This document shows positions 1-9,167 of a stretch of 64,000 nt of DNA, piece after piece (within the stretch, counting starts at the first letter, position 1; every line of letters starts with the position of its first letter). This DNA comes from an uncultured delta proteobacterium. Its GTDB lineage: Bacteria > Myxococcota_A > UBA9160 > UBA4427. The stretch is from contig CAWGJT010000006.1 in assembly GCA_963822965.1 (NCBI GenBank), forward strand, positions 384,001 through 448,000, read 5' to 3'. The notes below the pieces were generated by a model. That model was not told where the DNA came from. It saw only the letters and a program-made list of their open reading frames with translations, and searched no databases. The translations under genes were made by a program, and so were the position numbers.

Positions 1-2185
1 CTCCGTCATGTTGTCGGCGGTCTCGAACTGGCGAACGATCTTCGCCGTCACCGCCGGATCGTCGAGTGCGGCGAGATAGCCGAGGACGGCGTTGCGCAGC
101 CTTCGCCGGTCGATGGAGCGCCGATCGCCGCCATGAGGCTCGGCACTCCCGCTCGCCTCGTATGCGGCCTCGAGCGCGTCGCGGTGGGCCACCGCGAGCG
201 CGCGACGCAGCCCCTCGCGGGCGGCGTGCAGCGAGTCCACGGGGATCACGTCCAGGTCCTGACCGAGCACCTTCTCGCCGGGGAGCCCGAGCGCCAGCGC
301 CTTCAGCGAGCCGTCCAGCGAGGGGTCCGCGAGGATGCGTCCGAAGGCCGCAGAGAAGTCCGGGTCGAGACGGGGCTCGCGGCCCACGGCGACCTGGCGC
401 GTGGCCTCGAGGAGCAGGTCCTTCGCCAGCTCCTGGCCCGCTTCCCAGCGATTGAAGGCGTCCGAGTCGTGGGCCATGCGGAAGGCGAGATCCTTGCGGG
501 ACGTCTCGCACACGAGCTTCACCGGCGCGGAGAAGCCCCGCAGCAGCGAAGGCACCGGCGCCTCGGGGACGTCCACGAAGGTGAAGAGCCGGTCCTCTTC
601 GACGAGCTCGAGGACCCGCTCCGGGCGGGCGCGGTGGTGCTCCTCGCCGACCAGGCGCAGGGGCAGATCCTTCCCGTCCGCGCCGAGCAGACCCACCCGC
701 ACCGGAACGTGCAGCGGCTCCCACGCGGGCGCGTCGTCCCGGCCGGCGTAGCGCTCCGGGCGCGATTGGCGCAGGCGGAGCCCGTAGGTCTGCGTCGCAG
801 CGTCGTAGCTCCCGCTGGCGTGGAGCACCGGGGTGCCCGCCTGGCGGTACCAGCCCTCGAAGAGCTCCAGGTCGAAGTCGTTCGCGTCGGCCATCGCGCC
901 GCGGAAGTCGTCGCAGGTGACGGCCTGGCCGTCGTAGCGCTCGAAGTAGAGGTCCATCCCGCGGCGGAAGCCGTCCCGACCCAGCAGGGTCTCGATCATG
1001 CGGATGACCTCGGCGCCCTTCTCGTACACCGTGGCCGTATAGAAGTTGTCCATGGAGATGTAGGACTCGGGCCGGATCGGATGCGCCATCGGGCCGGCGT
1101 CCTCGGAGAACTGCGAGATGCGCAGCCGCTTCACGTCCCCGATCCGCTTGACCGCCCGGGAGCTCATGTCGGCCGAGAACTCCTGGTCGCGGTAGACCGT
1201 CAGGCCCTCCTTGAGGGTGAGCTGGAACCAGTCGCGGCAGGTCACGCGATTGCCGGTCCAGTTGTGGAAGTACTCGTGGGCGATCACCCCCTCGATGGCC
1301 TCGTACTCGTCGTCGGTGGCGGTCTCGGGCTTCGCCAGCACGTACTTGGAGTTGAAGATGTTCAGCCCCTTGTTCTCCATCGCCCCCATGTTGAAGTCGT
1401 TGACCGCCACGATCATGTAGACGTCGAGGTCGTACTCGAGCCCGAAGCGCTGCTCGTCCCAGGCCATGGCCTTCTGCAGCGACTGCAGGGCGTGCTCGCA
1501 GCGATCGACGTTCTCGGGCTCGACCCAGATCTCGAGCCGCACGTCGCGCCCGGACGCAGTGGTGAAGCGACCGCCGTGACAGCGGAGGTCTCCGGCGACG
1601 AGCGCGAAGAGGTAGCAGGGCTTGCGGTGCGGGTCTTCCCAGCGCACGCGATGGCGGCCGTCGCCGAGATCCGATCTGCTCCACGCGGTTGCCGTTGGAG
1701 AGCAGGACGGGATAGCGCTCGCGGTCGGCGTCGATGGTGGTCGTGAACAGCGCCATCACGTCGGGCCGATCGACGAAGTAGGTGATGCGCCGGAAGCCCA
1801 TCGCCTCGCACTGGGTGCAGAAGAGACCGCCGCTGCGGTACAGCCCGGACAGCGCGCGGTTGTCCTGGGGCCGGATGCGAACCCGGGTCTCGAGCTGGAA
1901 GCGCCGGGGTACCCGGCGCACGGTGAGCCCGTGCTCGTCCACGTCGTAGGCCGACGCGGGCAGCTCCCGGCCGTCGAGGCGGACCCATTCGAGCCGCAGC
2001 CCCTCGCCGTCGAGGACCAGCGGCGGTCGGTCTCCGGCCAGGGCGTCGTTGATCCGCACCTCGAGCCGGGCGGTGACGAAGGTGTCCTCTTCCCCCAGCT
2101 CGAAGTGGAGGTCGACCGCATCGATCCAGTAGTCGGGCTGGCGATAGTCCTTGCGGTAGACGGGCTGCGGCTTCTCGTCGCGCAT
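1..2185 (-). CDS. pepN: Aminopeptidase N (M1 zinc peptidase); runs off the left edge; apparent +1 frameshift near 1666-1680
   Basis: Hand translation of the minus strand gives MRDEKPQPVYRKDYRQPDYWID, GLFCTQCEAMGFRRITYF, NMGAMENKGLNIFN, HEYFHNWTGNRVTCRDWFQLTLKEG and NFYTATVYEKGAEVIRM. AGGAG RBS upstream of ATG 2185. Absent from the ORF track because there is no stop before the edge. Confidence 0.95.
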   Translation of the reverse strand, partial: MRDEKPQPVYRKDYRQPDYWIDAVDLHFELGEEDTFVTARLEVRINDALAGDRPPLVLDGEGLRLEWVRLDGRELPASAYDVDEHGLTVRRVPRRFQLETRVRIRPQDNRALSGLYRSGGLFCTQCEAMGFRRITYFVDRPDVMALFTTTIDADRERYPVLLSNGNRVEQIGSRRRPPSRALGRPAPQALLPLRARRRRPPLSRRSLHHCVRARRAARDLGRARERRSLRARPAVAAEGHGLGRAALRARVRPRRLHDRGGQRLQHGGDGEQGAEHLQLQVRAGEARDRHRRRVRGHRGGDRPRVLPQLDRQSRDLPRLVPAHPQGGPDGLPRPGVLGRHELPGGQADRGREAAAHLAVLRGRRPDGASDPARVLHLHGQLLYGHGVREGRRGHPHDRDPAGSGRLPPRDGPLLRALRRPGRHLRRLPRRDGRRERLRPGALRGLVPPGGHPGAPRQRELRRCDADLRAPPAPIAPGALRRPGRRARVGAAARSGAGGSARRGREGSAPAPGRRGAPPRPPGAGPRARRRGPALHLRGRPRGAGAFAAAGLLRAGEARVRDVPQGSRLPHGPRLGRLQSLGSGPGAGEGPAPRGHAPGRRGPRAPSRPGLLCGLRTHPRGPLAGRLAEGAGARAPRREGARSGPGRDPRGLAARRPRGAASRARGGPPRRARGRIRGERECRASWRRSALHRPAKAAQRRPRLSRRTRRSGGDGEDRSPVRDRRQHDG

Positions 2186-2288
2186 TCGGGTGGCGGTCTC
2201 CTGGAACGTCGGGCGTCCGCTCGGCGGCCCCGGCGAGATGATAACCGCCCTGCCTCGGGGTGGCGGAGCGGGATATCCTGGCTCCGCG

Positions 2289-3110
2289 ATGGACGGCGCC
2301 CCGCACCCCGAACCCCTCCACGATCCCGGCGACTATCCCGCCGAGCTGTACGAGCTCGTCCATCGCGGCACGGCGGGAGACACCGCCTTCTACCGGCGCG
2401 TCTGCACCGGTGCGCAGCGGATCCTCGAGCTGGGCTGCGGCTACGGGCGCGTGCTCGAGGTGCTGGTGGACCTCGACACCCCCGGGCTCGAGCTGACGGG
2501 GATCGACCGGGATCCGGAGATGCTCGCGAGGGCGCGCGCCCGACTCGCGCGGCGAAGCGGTGCGGCGTCCCGCGTGCGTCTCGTCGCCGCGGACATGAGC
2601 CGCTTCGCGCTGGAACGGGCGGAAGCCGGGCCCACGCGCTTCGATCGCATCCTGATTCCACACAGCGGCCTCTACTGCCTGCCGGACCCGGCGGCGTGCG
2701 TGGCCTGCTTCCGCAGCTGCGCGCGCCACCTCGCCCCGGGCGGGAAGCTCGTCTTCGACGCCTACGGCGCGGATGCCTTCCACGCGACCGCCGATCCCGC
2801 CGACCACGTCGACGAGCGACTCGACCCGGTCGTCACCGTCGAGCACGAGGAGACCTGCTACGACGTCTTCGAGCGCAGTCGCTGGCACCGCTCCGCCCAG
2901 GCCCTCGACGTCACGTACGAGTACATCCCTCGCGGGGGCGGCACGTGCCGGATGGGACGGCTGCGCCACCACTATCTGCTGCAGCACCAGATCGAGCCGT
3001 TGCTGCGCGAAGCCGGCCTGCGCCTCGTCTCCCTCGACGGCGACTTCGAAGGCGGCCCCTGCACGCCCGAAGCCGACATGTGGGTGGCGACGGCGGTCTC
3101 CGCCGCATAG
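2289..3110 (+). CDS. Class I SAM-dependent methyltransferase
   Basis: ILELGCGYGR motif I, GIDRDPEML, ADM, HLAPGGKLVFD; start uncertain. Confidence 0.9.
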   Translation: MDGAPHPEPLHDPGDYPAELYELVHRGTAGDTAFYRRVCTGAQRILELGCGYGRVLEVLVDLDTPGLELTGIDRDPEMLARARARLARRSGAASRVRLVAADMSRFALERAEAGPTRFDRILIPHSGLYCLPDPAACVACFRSCARHLAPGGKLVFDAYGADAFHATADPADHVDERLDPVVTVEHEETCYDVFERSRWHRSAQALDVTYEYIPRGGGTCRMGRLRHHYLLQHQIEPLLREAGLRLVSLDGDFEGGPCTPEADMWVATAVSAA

Positions 3111-3278
3111 GAGTGTGCGCGACGACACACCCCGCACGGCGCCACGAGCCGATGTACGGTTGCCTCCCCTGCCCGGCTCGGGAATTGTGGGACGGAGAAA
3201 GGCCGCTTGACGAGTCGAGGGACCTACGGGAGGCTATGCGCCGCGTCAGACAGCCGACGCAGGACGCAGGGGGGTGAC

Positions 3279-3893
3279 ATGGAGAGACTCGAGCAAGCGT
3301 TCGTAGAACGATCGGTGCCGAGCGCCGAGGCGCGCCAGGCCGCCACCCGGACGCGCGCGCGCCGGATGGCCTGGGTGGCAGCCGTGGCACTGCTGTGTGC
3401 GGGGGCCGCGCAGGCCCAGGAGGCGACACCCGGCGGGCGCCGACAGGACGACTCGCGCTTCTCGGTGCGCGGTGCGATCGGCTTCACCGCCGACCCGGAC
3501 ACCTTCCTGATGACCCTCGAGGTGCCCTGGAAGGCGCACGATCTCGTCTCGGTGGGCCCCATGTTGCAGCTGGGCTTCTCCGACGACGACGTGCTCGTCG
3601 CGCCCACCCTGGAGGTGTATCTCACCCCGCAGCTCGCCGACGACCTCCGGGACTTCCACCCCTATGCCCACATGGGAATGGGCTTCATGTACCTGGAAAA
3701 GGATCACCGCCGCCCGGGCCGCGACGAAGAGGACGCCGACTTCCTCTTGACCACGGGCTTCGGCGCGGAGTACGCGGTGCAGGAGAACCTGTTCCTGGGA
3801 ACGGGCTTCCTGTTCGACATCGTGCCCGCCGGCGTGGCCGGCGAGCGCTTCGTCTTCGGCTGGCAGATCCTGACCCTGCGCGCGGCCTTCTGA
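3279..3893 (+). CDS. Small outer-membrane beta-barrel protein
   Basis: Signal peptide ending AQA, amphipathic strands (PYAHMGMGFMY, GFGAEYAV), C-terminal Phe. Confidence 0.75.
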   Translation: MERLEQAFVERSVPSAEARQAATRTRARRMAWVAAVALLCAGAAQAQEATPGGRRQDDSRFSVRGAIGFTADPDTFLMTLEVPWKAHDLVSVGPMLQLGFSDDDVLVAPTLEVYLTPQLADDLRDFHPYAHMGMGFMYLEKDHRRPGRDEEDADFLLTTGFGAEYAVQENLFLGTGFLFDIVPAGVAGERFVFGWQILTLRAAF

Positions 3894-3907
3894 CCCTGCG
3901 CGCGGCC
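3870..3907 (+). repeat. 18-bp direct repeat (20-bp period) duplicating the gene 3' end
   Basis: CTGACCCTGCGCGCGGCC at 3870-3887 and 3890-3907, spanning the TGA. Confidence 0.85.
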
Positions 3908-3926
3908 CCGCGTCCCGCCTCGCGCG

Positions 3927-4208
3927 TCAGAGCTCCTCGAGGATCACGATCTTCGGCGGCCCGGCCATGATGCCCGCGAAGCCCGCGCCCTTGCTCGCGA
4001 GATTCTTCGAGTGCAGCGCGAACGCCTCGTCGCTCTCGTACTTCTCGTAGGCGACGAAGGCCGTCGGATCGTCCTTCTGTTGGTGGAACACGTACGCGAG
4101 CGTGCCGGATTCGTTGGCGAGGGTATCCGCGGCGAGCTGCTTGAGGAACGCGCGCGCTTCCTCGATCTTGTCTTCCTTGACCTTCAGGGTGGCAACGACG
4201 CTGGGCAT
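3927..4208 (-). CDS. Antibiotic biosynthesis monooxygenase (ABM)/putative quinol monooxygenase family protein
   Basis: MPSVVATLKVK...NESGTLAYVFHQQKDDPTAFVAYEKYESDEAFALH; GGAG RBS. Confidence 0.88.
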   Translation of the reverse strand: MPSVVATLKVKEDKIEEARAFLKQLAADTLANESGTLAYVFHQQKDDPTAFVAYEKYESDEAFALHSKNLASKGAGFAGIMAGPPKIVILEEL

Positions 4209-4354
4209 GCGGGGCTCCTTCTCGGGGGTTCGTGGGGGCTCGAGACTCGTGCGGCTCGGGCTCGCGTGACATCGCTCGGGCCGGGCAGCATAGACAGCCG
4301 CCCTCGGCGGTACCAGTCGCCGCGCGCGGAACGGAATTCGGCGCAGGACCCGAC

Positions 4355-5812
4355 TCAGGAGGCGGCCACGGCCCCCCCGGAGCCCGAATCGGCGTGGCTG
4401 CCCAGGTCGATGCCCTTCCAGCGCCCGCCGCGGAAGCGGTGGGAGAGCATGGCGACCTTCACCACGTAGTCCGCGATCAGCGCCGCGAAGATCCACTCCA
4501 CCGGAAGTCCGAGCCACGCGAAGAGAGCCGACAGCGCCACCCGGATGCCCACCAGCCCCGTGAACACGGCGTACAGCGGGAAGCGGGTATCGCCCGCGCC
4601 GCGCAGGGAGCCACCCAGGGTGAACTCCACCGCCATCAGGGGCTGGCAGCCGCCCAGGATGTAGATGAAGACGACGGTCAGACGCACCACCTCCGGATCG
4701 TCGATCATGAAGGAAGCCACCTGCTCCGCGGTCGCGATGACGATGGCGCCGAGCACGATCATCGAGGCCACCGCGAGGCGCATCGCGTGCCAGCCGCTCC
4801 GCTCCGCGCCGTCCGGGTCCCGCGCCCCGAGCTTCTGCCCGACGTGGGTGGAGGCCGCGATCGAGAACCCGAAGCCCACGACGAACGAGAGCGCCAGGAT
4901 CTGCACGCCGATCCCGTAGGCGGCGTAGGGGGCCGTCCCGTAGAGGGCCACCACCCACAGGAAGGCGATGAACCCGAGCTGCCATACGGCCTGCTCGATG
5001 CCCGCCGGATAGCCGATGCGGAGGATCTCGCGCAGGCGGTCCCGGGCCATGGCTCCGGCGGGGCCCACGCCGACGATCAGCGTGCCCCGCAGCCACATCA
5101 CGACGAAGATCACCGCGCCCAACGTGAAGGCGAGCCCGTTGGCAATGGCCGCCCCGGCCACGCCGAAGGAGGGGATCCCGAAGGCGCCGTAGATGAGCGC
5201 GTAGACGAGCACCACGTTCACCACGTTCGTCACGGCGCCGATCCACAGCGGCGTGAGGGTGTCGCCCGCCGCGCGACAGGCCGTGCCGAGCACGAACGAG
5301 ACCGCGAAGGTGACGTTGAAGACCGAGAGCCAGCGGATGAAGCTCGCCGCCTGGGACACGGCCAGGGCATCGAGCCGGAAGATGCCGGCGAGGGCGTCCG
5401 CGAAGAAGAGCCCGGGGATGGACATCACCAGGGAGACCCCGAGACACACCACCACCGAGGCGCGGGTGACCCGCTCGGCCTCGTCGCGATCCCCGGCCCC
5501 CCAGGCCCGGGCGACGAGAGCGGTGGTGCCGGCCGTCACCGCCATCAGCACGCCCTGCAGGACGAAGAACATCCGGTTTCCGGTGGTGACCGCCGCGACC
5601 GCCGAAGGTCCGAGGGAGCCCACGATCTTGATGTCCACGAGACCGACCGTGGAGTAGAGGAGGTTGCTCAGGATCGCCGGCCACGCGAGCTCGAGGATGC
5701 CACCGGCGGGCCGCGTGGTGCGGAGCGCTCCGTCCCCGGGCGGCATCGGCGCCCCGAGCGGCCGCTCGGGCGTTCCGGGAGGCACGGCGCTTTCGACGGC
5801 ATCCGTGGTCAT
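4355..5812 (-). CDS. MATE family efflux transporter
   Basis: LAWPAILSN..VGLVDIKIVGSLG..AVAAV, RAAGDTLTPL, GVAGAAIA, LRGAGDTRFP; 12-TM pattern. Confidence 0.93.
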   Translation of the reverse strand: MTTDAVESAVPPGTPERPLGAPMPPGDGALRTTRPAGGILELAWPAILSNLLYSTVGLVDIKIVGSLGPSAVAAVTTGNRMFFVLQGVLMAVTAGTTALVARAWGAGDRDEAERVTRASVVVCLGVSLVMSIPGLFFADALAGIFRLDALAVSQAASFIRWLSVFNVTFAVSFVLGTACRAAGDTLTPLWIGAVTNVVNVVLVYALIYGAFGIPSFGVAGAAIANGLAFTLGAVIFVVMWLRGTLIVGVGPAGAMARDRLREILRIGYPAGIEQAVWQLGFIAFLWVVALYGTAPYAAYGIGVQILALSFVVGFGFSIAASTHVGQKLGARDPDGAERSGWHAMRLAVASMIVLGAIVIATAEQVASFMIDDPEVVRLTVVFIYILGGCQPLMAVEFTLGGSLRGAGDTRFPLYAVFTGLVGIRVALSALFAWLGLPVEWIFAALIADYVVKVAMLSHRFRGGRWKGIDLGSHADSGSGGAVAAS

Positions 5813-6120
5813 CGGCTCCTCGAGGGCGCGCGCGGACTCCCCGGCCCGGCCCACCCGTCTCCGCGGCAGACCCGCGGAGGCGTGGAGGAGCCGGCAGCAC
5901 GGATCGACTCCTGCACGCAAGCGGACAGCCGAGATCGCCGCCACGACACGGATGCGGGGATGGACTCGGCAGGTTCCGAATGCAGGGGTGGGCGCGAGCG
6001 CGCCGAGTCTACACTGCGGCGCGCGGGATGTCCCGGCACGTGGCGGGGGATCCGCATCCCCTGCCGACGGCGGGCTGGCAGCAGACTCGCGGGCGAGTCG
6101 CCGCCGGCGACGGCTGTCTC

Positions 6121-6489
6121 TCAGAAGCTCGGCGTCGGATTGAGCACCGGAATCTGGAAGATCCACTCCTCGGGCGACGCGGCGCACGCTCCGTCCCGCA
6201 GGCGCAGGTGACAGACCAGGGGCGCGGGCTCCGACGGCGCGCTGAGGCTCACCCCGCCGTACTCGTTGCCCTGGCAGGCGATCCACGGGTACTTGATCTG
6301 CGTGAGCGCGGGACAGGAGCCCGCCGCGGTGGCCGGCACCGAGCCGGGGCTCAGATCCTCGAGGGCAGACGCCGAGCCGGCGGCCAGCAGCAGCCCGAGG
6401 GCGAGGAGCAACGAGCCAGCGAATCCGACGGCGGACGGGCGGAGCCTGGATCGGTCGATCGAGGGGCGGGGACGGGCGGTGGCGACCAT
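6121..6489 (-). CDS. Small secreted hypothetical protein with 4 Cys
   Basis: Signal peptide (LLLALGLLLAAGSASA), GC3-rich codons, GGAG upstream. Confidence 0.65.
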   Translation of the reverse strand: MVATARPRPSIDRSRLRPSAVGFAGSLLLALGLLLAAGSASALEDLSPGSVPATAAGSCPALTQIKYPWIACQGNEYGGVSLSAPSEPAPLVCHLRLRDGACAASPEEWIFQIPVLNPTPSF

Positions 6490-6671
6490 GGCAGCATTTC
6501 TCCGTTTCCACTGGATCCGGCGCTCGGATCCGCAATCCACGACAGCACGAGCGTGGGCCCCCCTCCCGCCCCCGTTGTAGATCACCATGAGGGGAAATGT
6601 CAACAGAAGGTTTCACCAGCAGGATCGGGAGGTTGGTGCCCGCCGATCCCGGCGCAGGAAGCCGCAGCTAG

Positions 6672-6830
6672 GAGCCTGACCCAAGACACCTCGCGCCGCC
6701 CTGACGCCCACGCATCGCCGCTGGCTGCGTTGCGCTGCGTCGCCGTAGGCTGCGCTACGGCCTCCTCACGCGCCTTGCCAGTGGCGCGCCTCGACGCCAG
6801 GGCTTTCCACGGGAGTCTTGGGTCAGGCTC
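6672..6830. mobile_element. MITE-like non-autonomous element (159 bp)
   Basis: Perfect 16-bp terminal inverted repeats GAGCCTGACCCAAGAC (6672-6687) / GTCTTGGGTCAGGCTC (6815-6830), flanked by CTAG and CTGG; internal hairpin GCCGTAG-gctgcg-CTACGGC; no transposase ORF. Confidence 0.75.
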
Positions 6831-6853
6831 CTGGGCAGCAGGCGCGCTGCGGC

Positions 6854-7741
6854 TCAGAGCAGCTCCCGGGCGAGCGAGAGGAATGCGGCGGCGGCTCGTC
6901 CGAGTGGCACCCCACGCGGGCGGACGACCCCCAGCTGCCGGGCCTCGCGGCGGGGGAAGATCGAAGCGCACGCCAGCGCACCGCTGGCCACCTCGGTGGC
7001 GACCGCGATGCGCGGAACCACGGAGATGCCGAACCCCAGCGCCACCAGCCGCTTGATCGCCTCGATGCTCGCGAGCTCCATGGCGACGCGCACGCCGCCC
7101 GGCCCTCCGGCGAGACGCGCGTCGATCCAGGCGCGCGTGCGCGAGCCGCGATCCAGCAGCAGCCACGGCTCGTCCCGCAGCTCGGCCACGCGGATGCGCT
7201 TGCGGCCGGCCAGGCGATGGGTCGGGGGCAGGATGGCGACGTCCTCGCGCACCATCAACGCCTCGGCGGCGAGCCGGTCGCTGGCGGCGGGCAGGGTCAC
7301 GAATCCCAGGTCGACGTCGCGCGCCAACACCTGCTGCTCGGTGATCGGCGACGGACGGTTCGAGATACGAAGCTCGACCCCCGGATATCGCGCGCGGAAC
7401 GCCCCCAGGACCGGGGGCAGCACGTAGCACGCGCTGGTGTCGCTCGTTCCGATCGCGAGCTCGCCCGCCTCGAGGGACTGCAGGGCCTGCAGCCGCTCCC
7501 GCGCGGCGTCGAGCACGGCGAAGGACCGTTCGGCGTGCTCGAGCAGCACCTCGCCGGCGGCGGTGAGCTTCACCCCGCGACCGAGCCGCACGAGGAGCGG
7601 CTCGCCGACGTCGTCTTCGAGAGCGCGGATCGCCTGGCTGACCGCCGGCTGGGTGCGGTGCAGCCGGGCCGCGGCCCGGGAGAAGCCGCCCGCCCGCGCC
7701 ACCGCCGCGAAGACCCGCAGCCGCTCGGAGTCCAGATCCAT
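6854..7741 (-). CDS. LysR family transcriptional regulator, divergent from purA
   Basis: GFSRAAARLHRTQPAVSQAIRALEDDVG HTH; C-terminal effector domain with SIEAIKRLVALGFGISVVP. Confidence 0.95.
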   Translation of the reverse strand: MDLDSERLRVFAAVARAGGFSRAAARLHRTQPAVSQAIRALEDDVGEPLLVRLGRGVKLTAAGEVLLEHAERSFAVLDAARERLQALQSLEAGELAIGTSDTSACYVLPPVLGAFRARYPGVELRISNRPSPITEQQVLARDVDLGFVTLPAASDRLAAEALMVREDVAILPPTHRLAGRKRIRVAELRDEPWLLLDRGSRTRAWIDARLAGGPGGVRVAMELASIEAIKRLVALGFGISVVPRIAVATEVASGALACASIFPRREARQLGVVRPRGVPLGRAAAAFLSLARELL

Positions 7742-7805
7742 AAGAAGATCCTATCCAACTGGTAAGAAGTATCCATTGGAATTATCCGAGTCCCCCGGCC
7801 ATGCT
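7740..7805 (+). promoter_or_regulatory. LysR operator pair and divergent promoters for lysR/purA
   Basis: AT-rich island; T-N11-A boxes at 7741-7753 and 7763-7775, 22 bp apart (both start TAAGAAG); candidate -35 TTGGAA 7776 and -10 CATGCT 7800. Confidence 0.65.
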
Positions 7806-7846
7806 CGTACCGGGCGCTGGGAGCCGTTGGCGCCGAGGAGGAAGCC

Positions 7847-9136
7847 ATGCCGGTGGACGCGGTGGTGGGCGCGAACTGGGGGGACGAGGGCAAGGGCAAG
7901 CTGACGGACTGGCTGGCGCGAGGGGCGGACTTCGTGGTGCGCTTCCAGGGCGGCCGCAACGCCGGCCACACCATCGTGAACTCGTGGGGTCGCTTCGCGC
8001 TCCACCTGTTGCCGTCCGGGGTCTTCCGGCCGGACGTCGTCAACGTGCTCGGGCCCGGGGTCGCCGTCGATCCCGGCGCCCTGCTGGCCGAGCTCGCGAT
8101 GCTCGAGGAACGGGGCGTGCCCGCGCCGGTGCTCCGCGTTTCCGACCGGGCCCAGGTGGTGCTGCCCATCCACGCGCTACTGGACGAGTGCGAGGAGAAG
8201 CGCCTCGGCGACGCCCGCTTCGGCTCGACGCGGGTGGGGATCGCACCCTTCTACGCCGACAAGGCAATGAAGCTCGGGGTGCAGGTGGCCGAGCTCGCGG
8301 ACGGAACGCGGCTGCGGACGCGACTCGAGGCGAGCCTGGCCCCCAAGAACGTCCTGCTGCGTCACCTCTACGGTGTGAGCGAGCTGCACGCCGGCGACCT
8401 CGTGCCGCCGCTGCTGGATCTCGGCCGTCGCATCGCGCCCTTCGTGTGCGATACGACGAGCCTGCTCCACGACGCGCTCGACCGGGGCGCGCGGGTGCTG
8501 CTCGAGGGCCAGCTCGGCAGCCTGCGCGACGTCGATCACGGGGTGGCGCCGTTCACGACGTCCTCGTCGCCCATCGCGGGCCACGGCTGCGTGGGCGCCG
8601 GCGTGCCGCCCACTGCCTTCGACCGCATCGTCGCCGTCGCCAAGGCGTACTCGACGTGCGTGGGCGCCACCCCGTTCGTGACCGAGCTCGCCGGAGCGGA
8701 AGCGGCGCGGCTCCGCGAGCGCGGGAACGAGTTCGGCGCCACCACCGGAAGGCCGCGCCGGGTGGGCTGGTTCGACGCCGTCGCCACGCGCTACGGCTGC
8801 CGCGTGCAGGGCGCGAACGCCGTGGCGCTGAGCCTGCTCGACGTGCTCGACGACCTGGACGAGATCCCGATCTGCACCGCCTACGAGATCGACGGAGCCC
8901 GCACCGCCCGGTTTCCCACGACCGGCCCGCTCGAGCGCGCCACCCCCTGCTACGAGACGCTTCCCGGCTGGCGGCGCGACGTCTCCGGCGTGCGACGCTT
9001 CGAGGCGCTTCCCCCGGAAGCCCGCGCATACGTGCTGCGGATCGAGCAGGAGATCGAGCTTCCCATCCGCTGGATCTCCGTGGGACCCGAGCGCGACGCC
9101 GTGATCGAGCGCAGCCCGGGCGCTGCGCCGACGTGA
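7847..9136 (+). CDS. purA: Adenylosuccinate synthetase
   Basis: GANWGDEGKGK, RFQGGRNAGHT, LHLLPSG, EFGATTGRPRRVGWFD, ISVGPER; GAGGAGG RBS. Confidence 0.97.
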   Translation: MPVDAVVGANWGDEGKGKLTDWLARGADFVVRFQGGRNAGHTIVNSWGRFALHLLPSGVFRPDVVNVLGPGVAVDPGALLAELAMLEERGVPAPVLRVSDRAQVVLPIHALLDECEEKRLGDARFGSTRVGIAPFYADKAMKLGVQVAELADGTRLRTRLEASLAPKNVLLRHLYGVSELHAGDLVPPLLDLGRRIAPFVCDTTSLLHDALDRGARVLLEGQLGSLRDVDHGVAPFTTSSSPIAGHGCVGAGVPPTAFDRIVAVAKAYSTCVGATPFVTELAGAEAARLRERGNEFGATTGRPRRVGWFDAVATRYGCRVQGANAVALSLLDVLDDLDEIPICTAYEIDGARTARFPTTGPLERATPCYETLPGWRRDVSGVRRFEALPPEARAYVLRIEQEIELPIRWISVGPERDAVIERSPGAAPT

Positions 9137-9167
9137 CGGTGCGGGCGGAACGCGGTGTCGCATCGCT

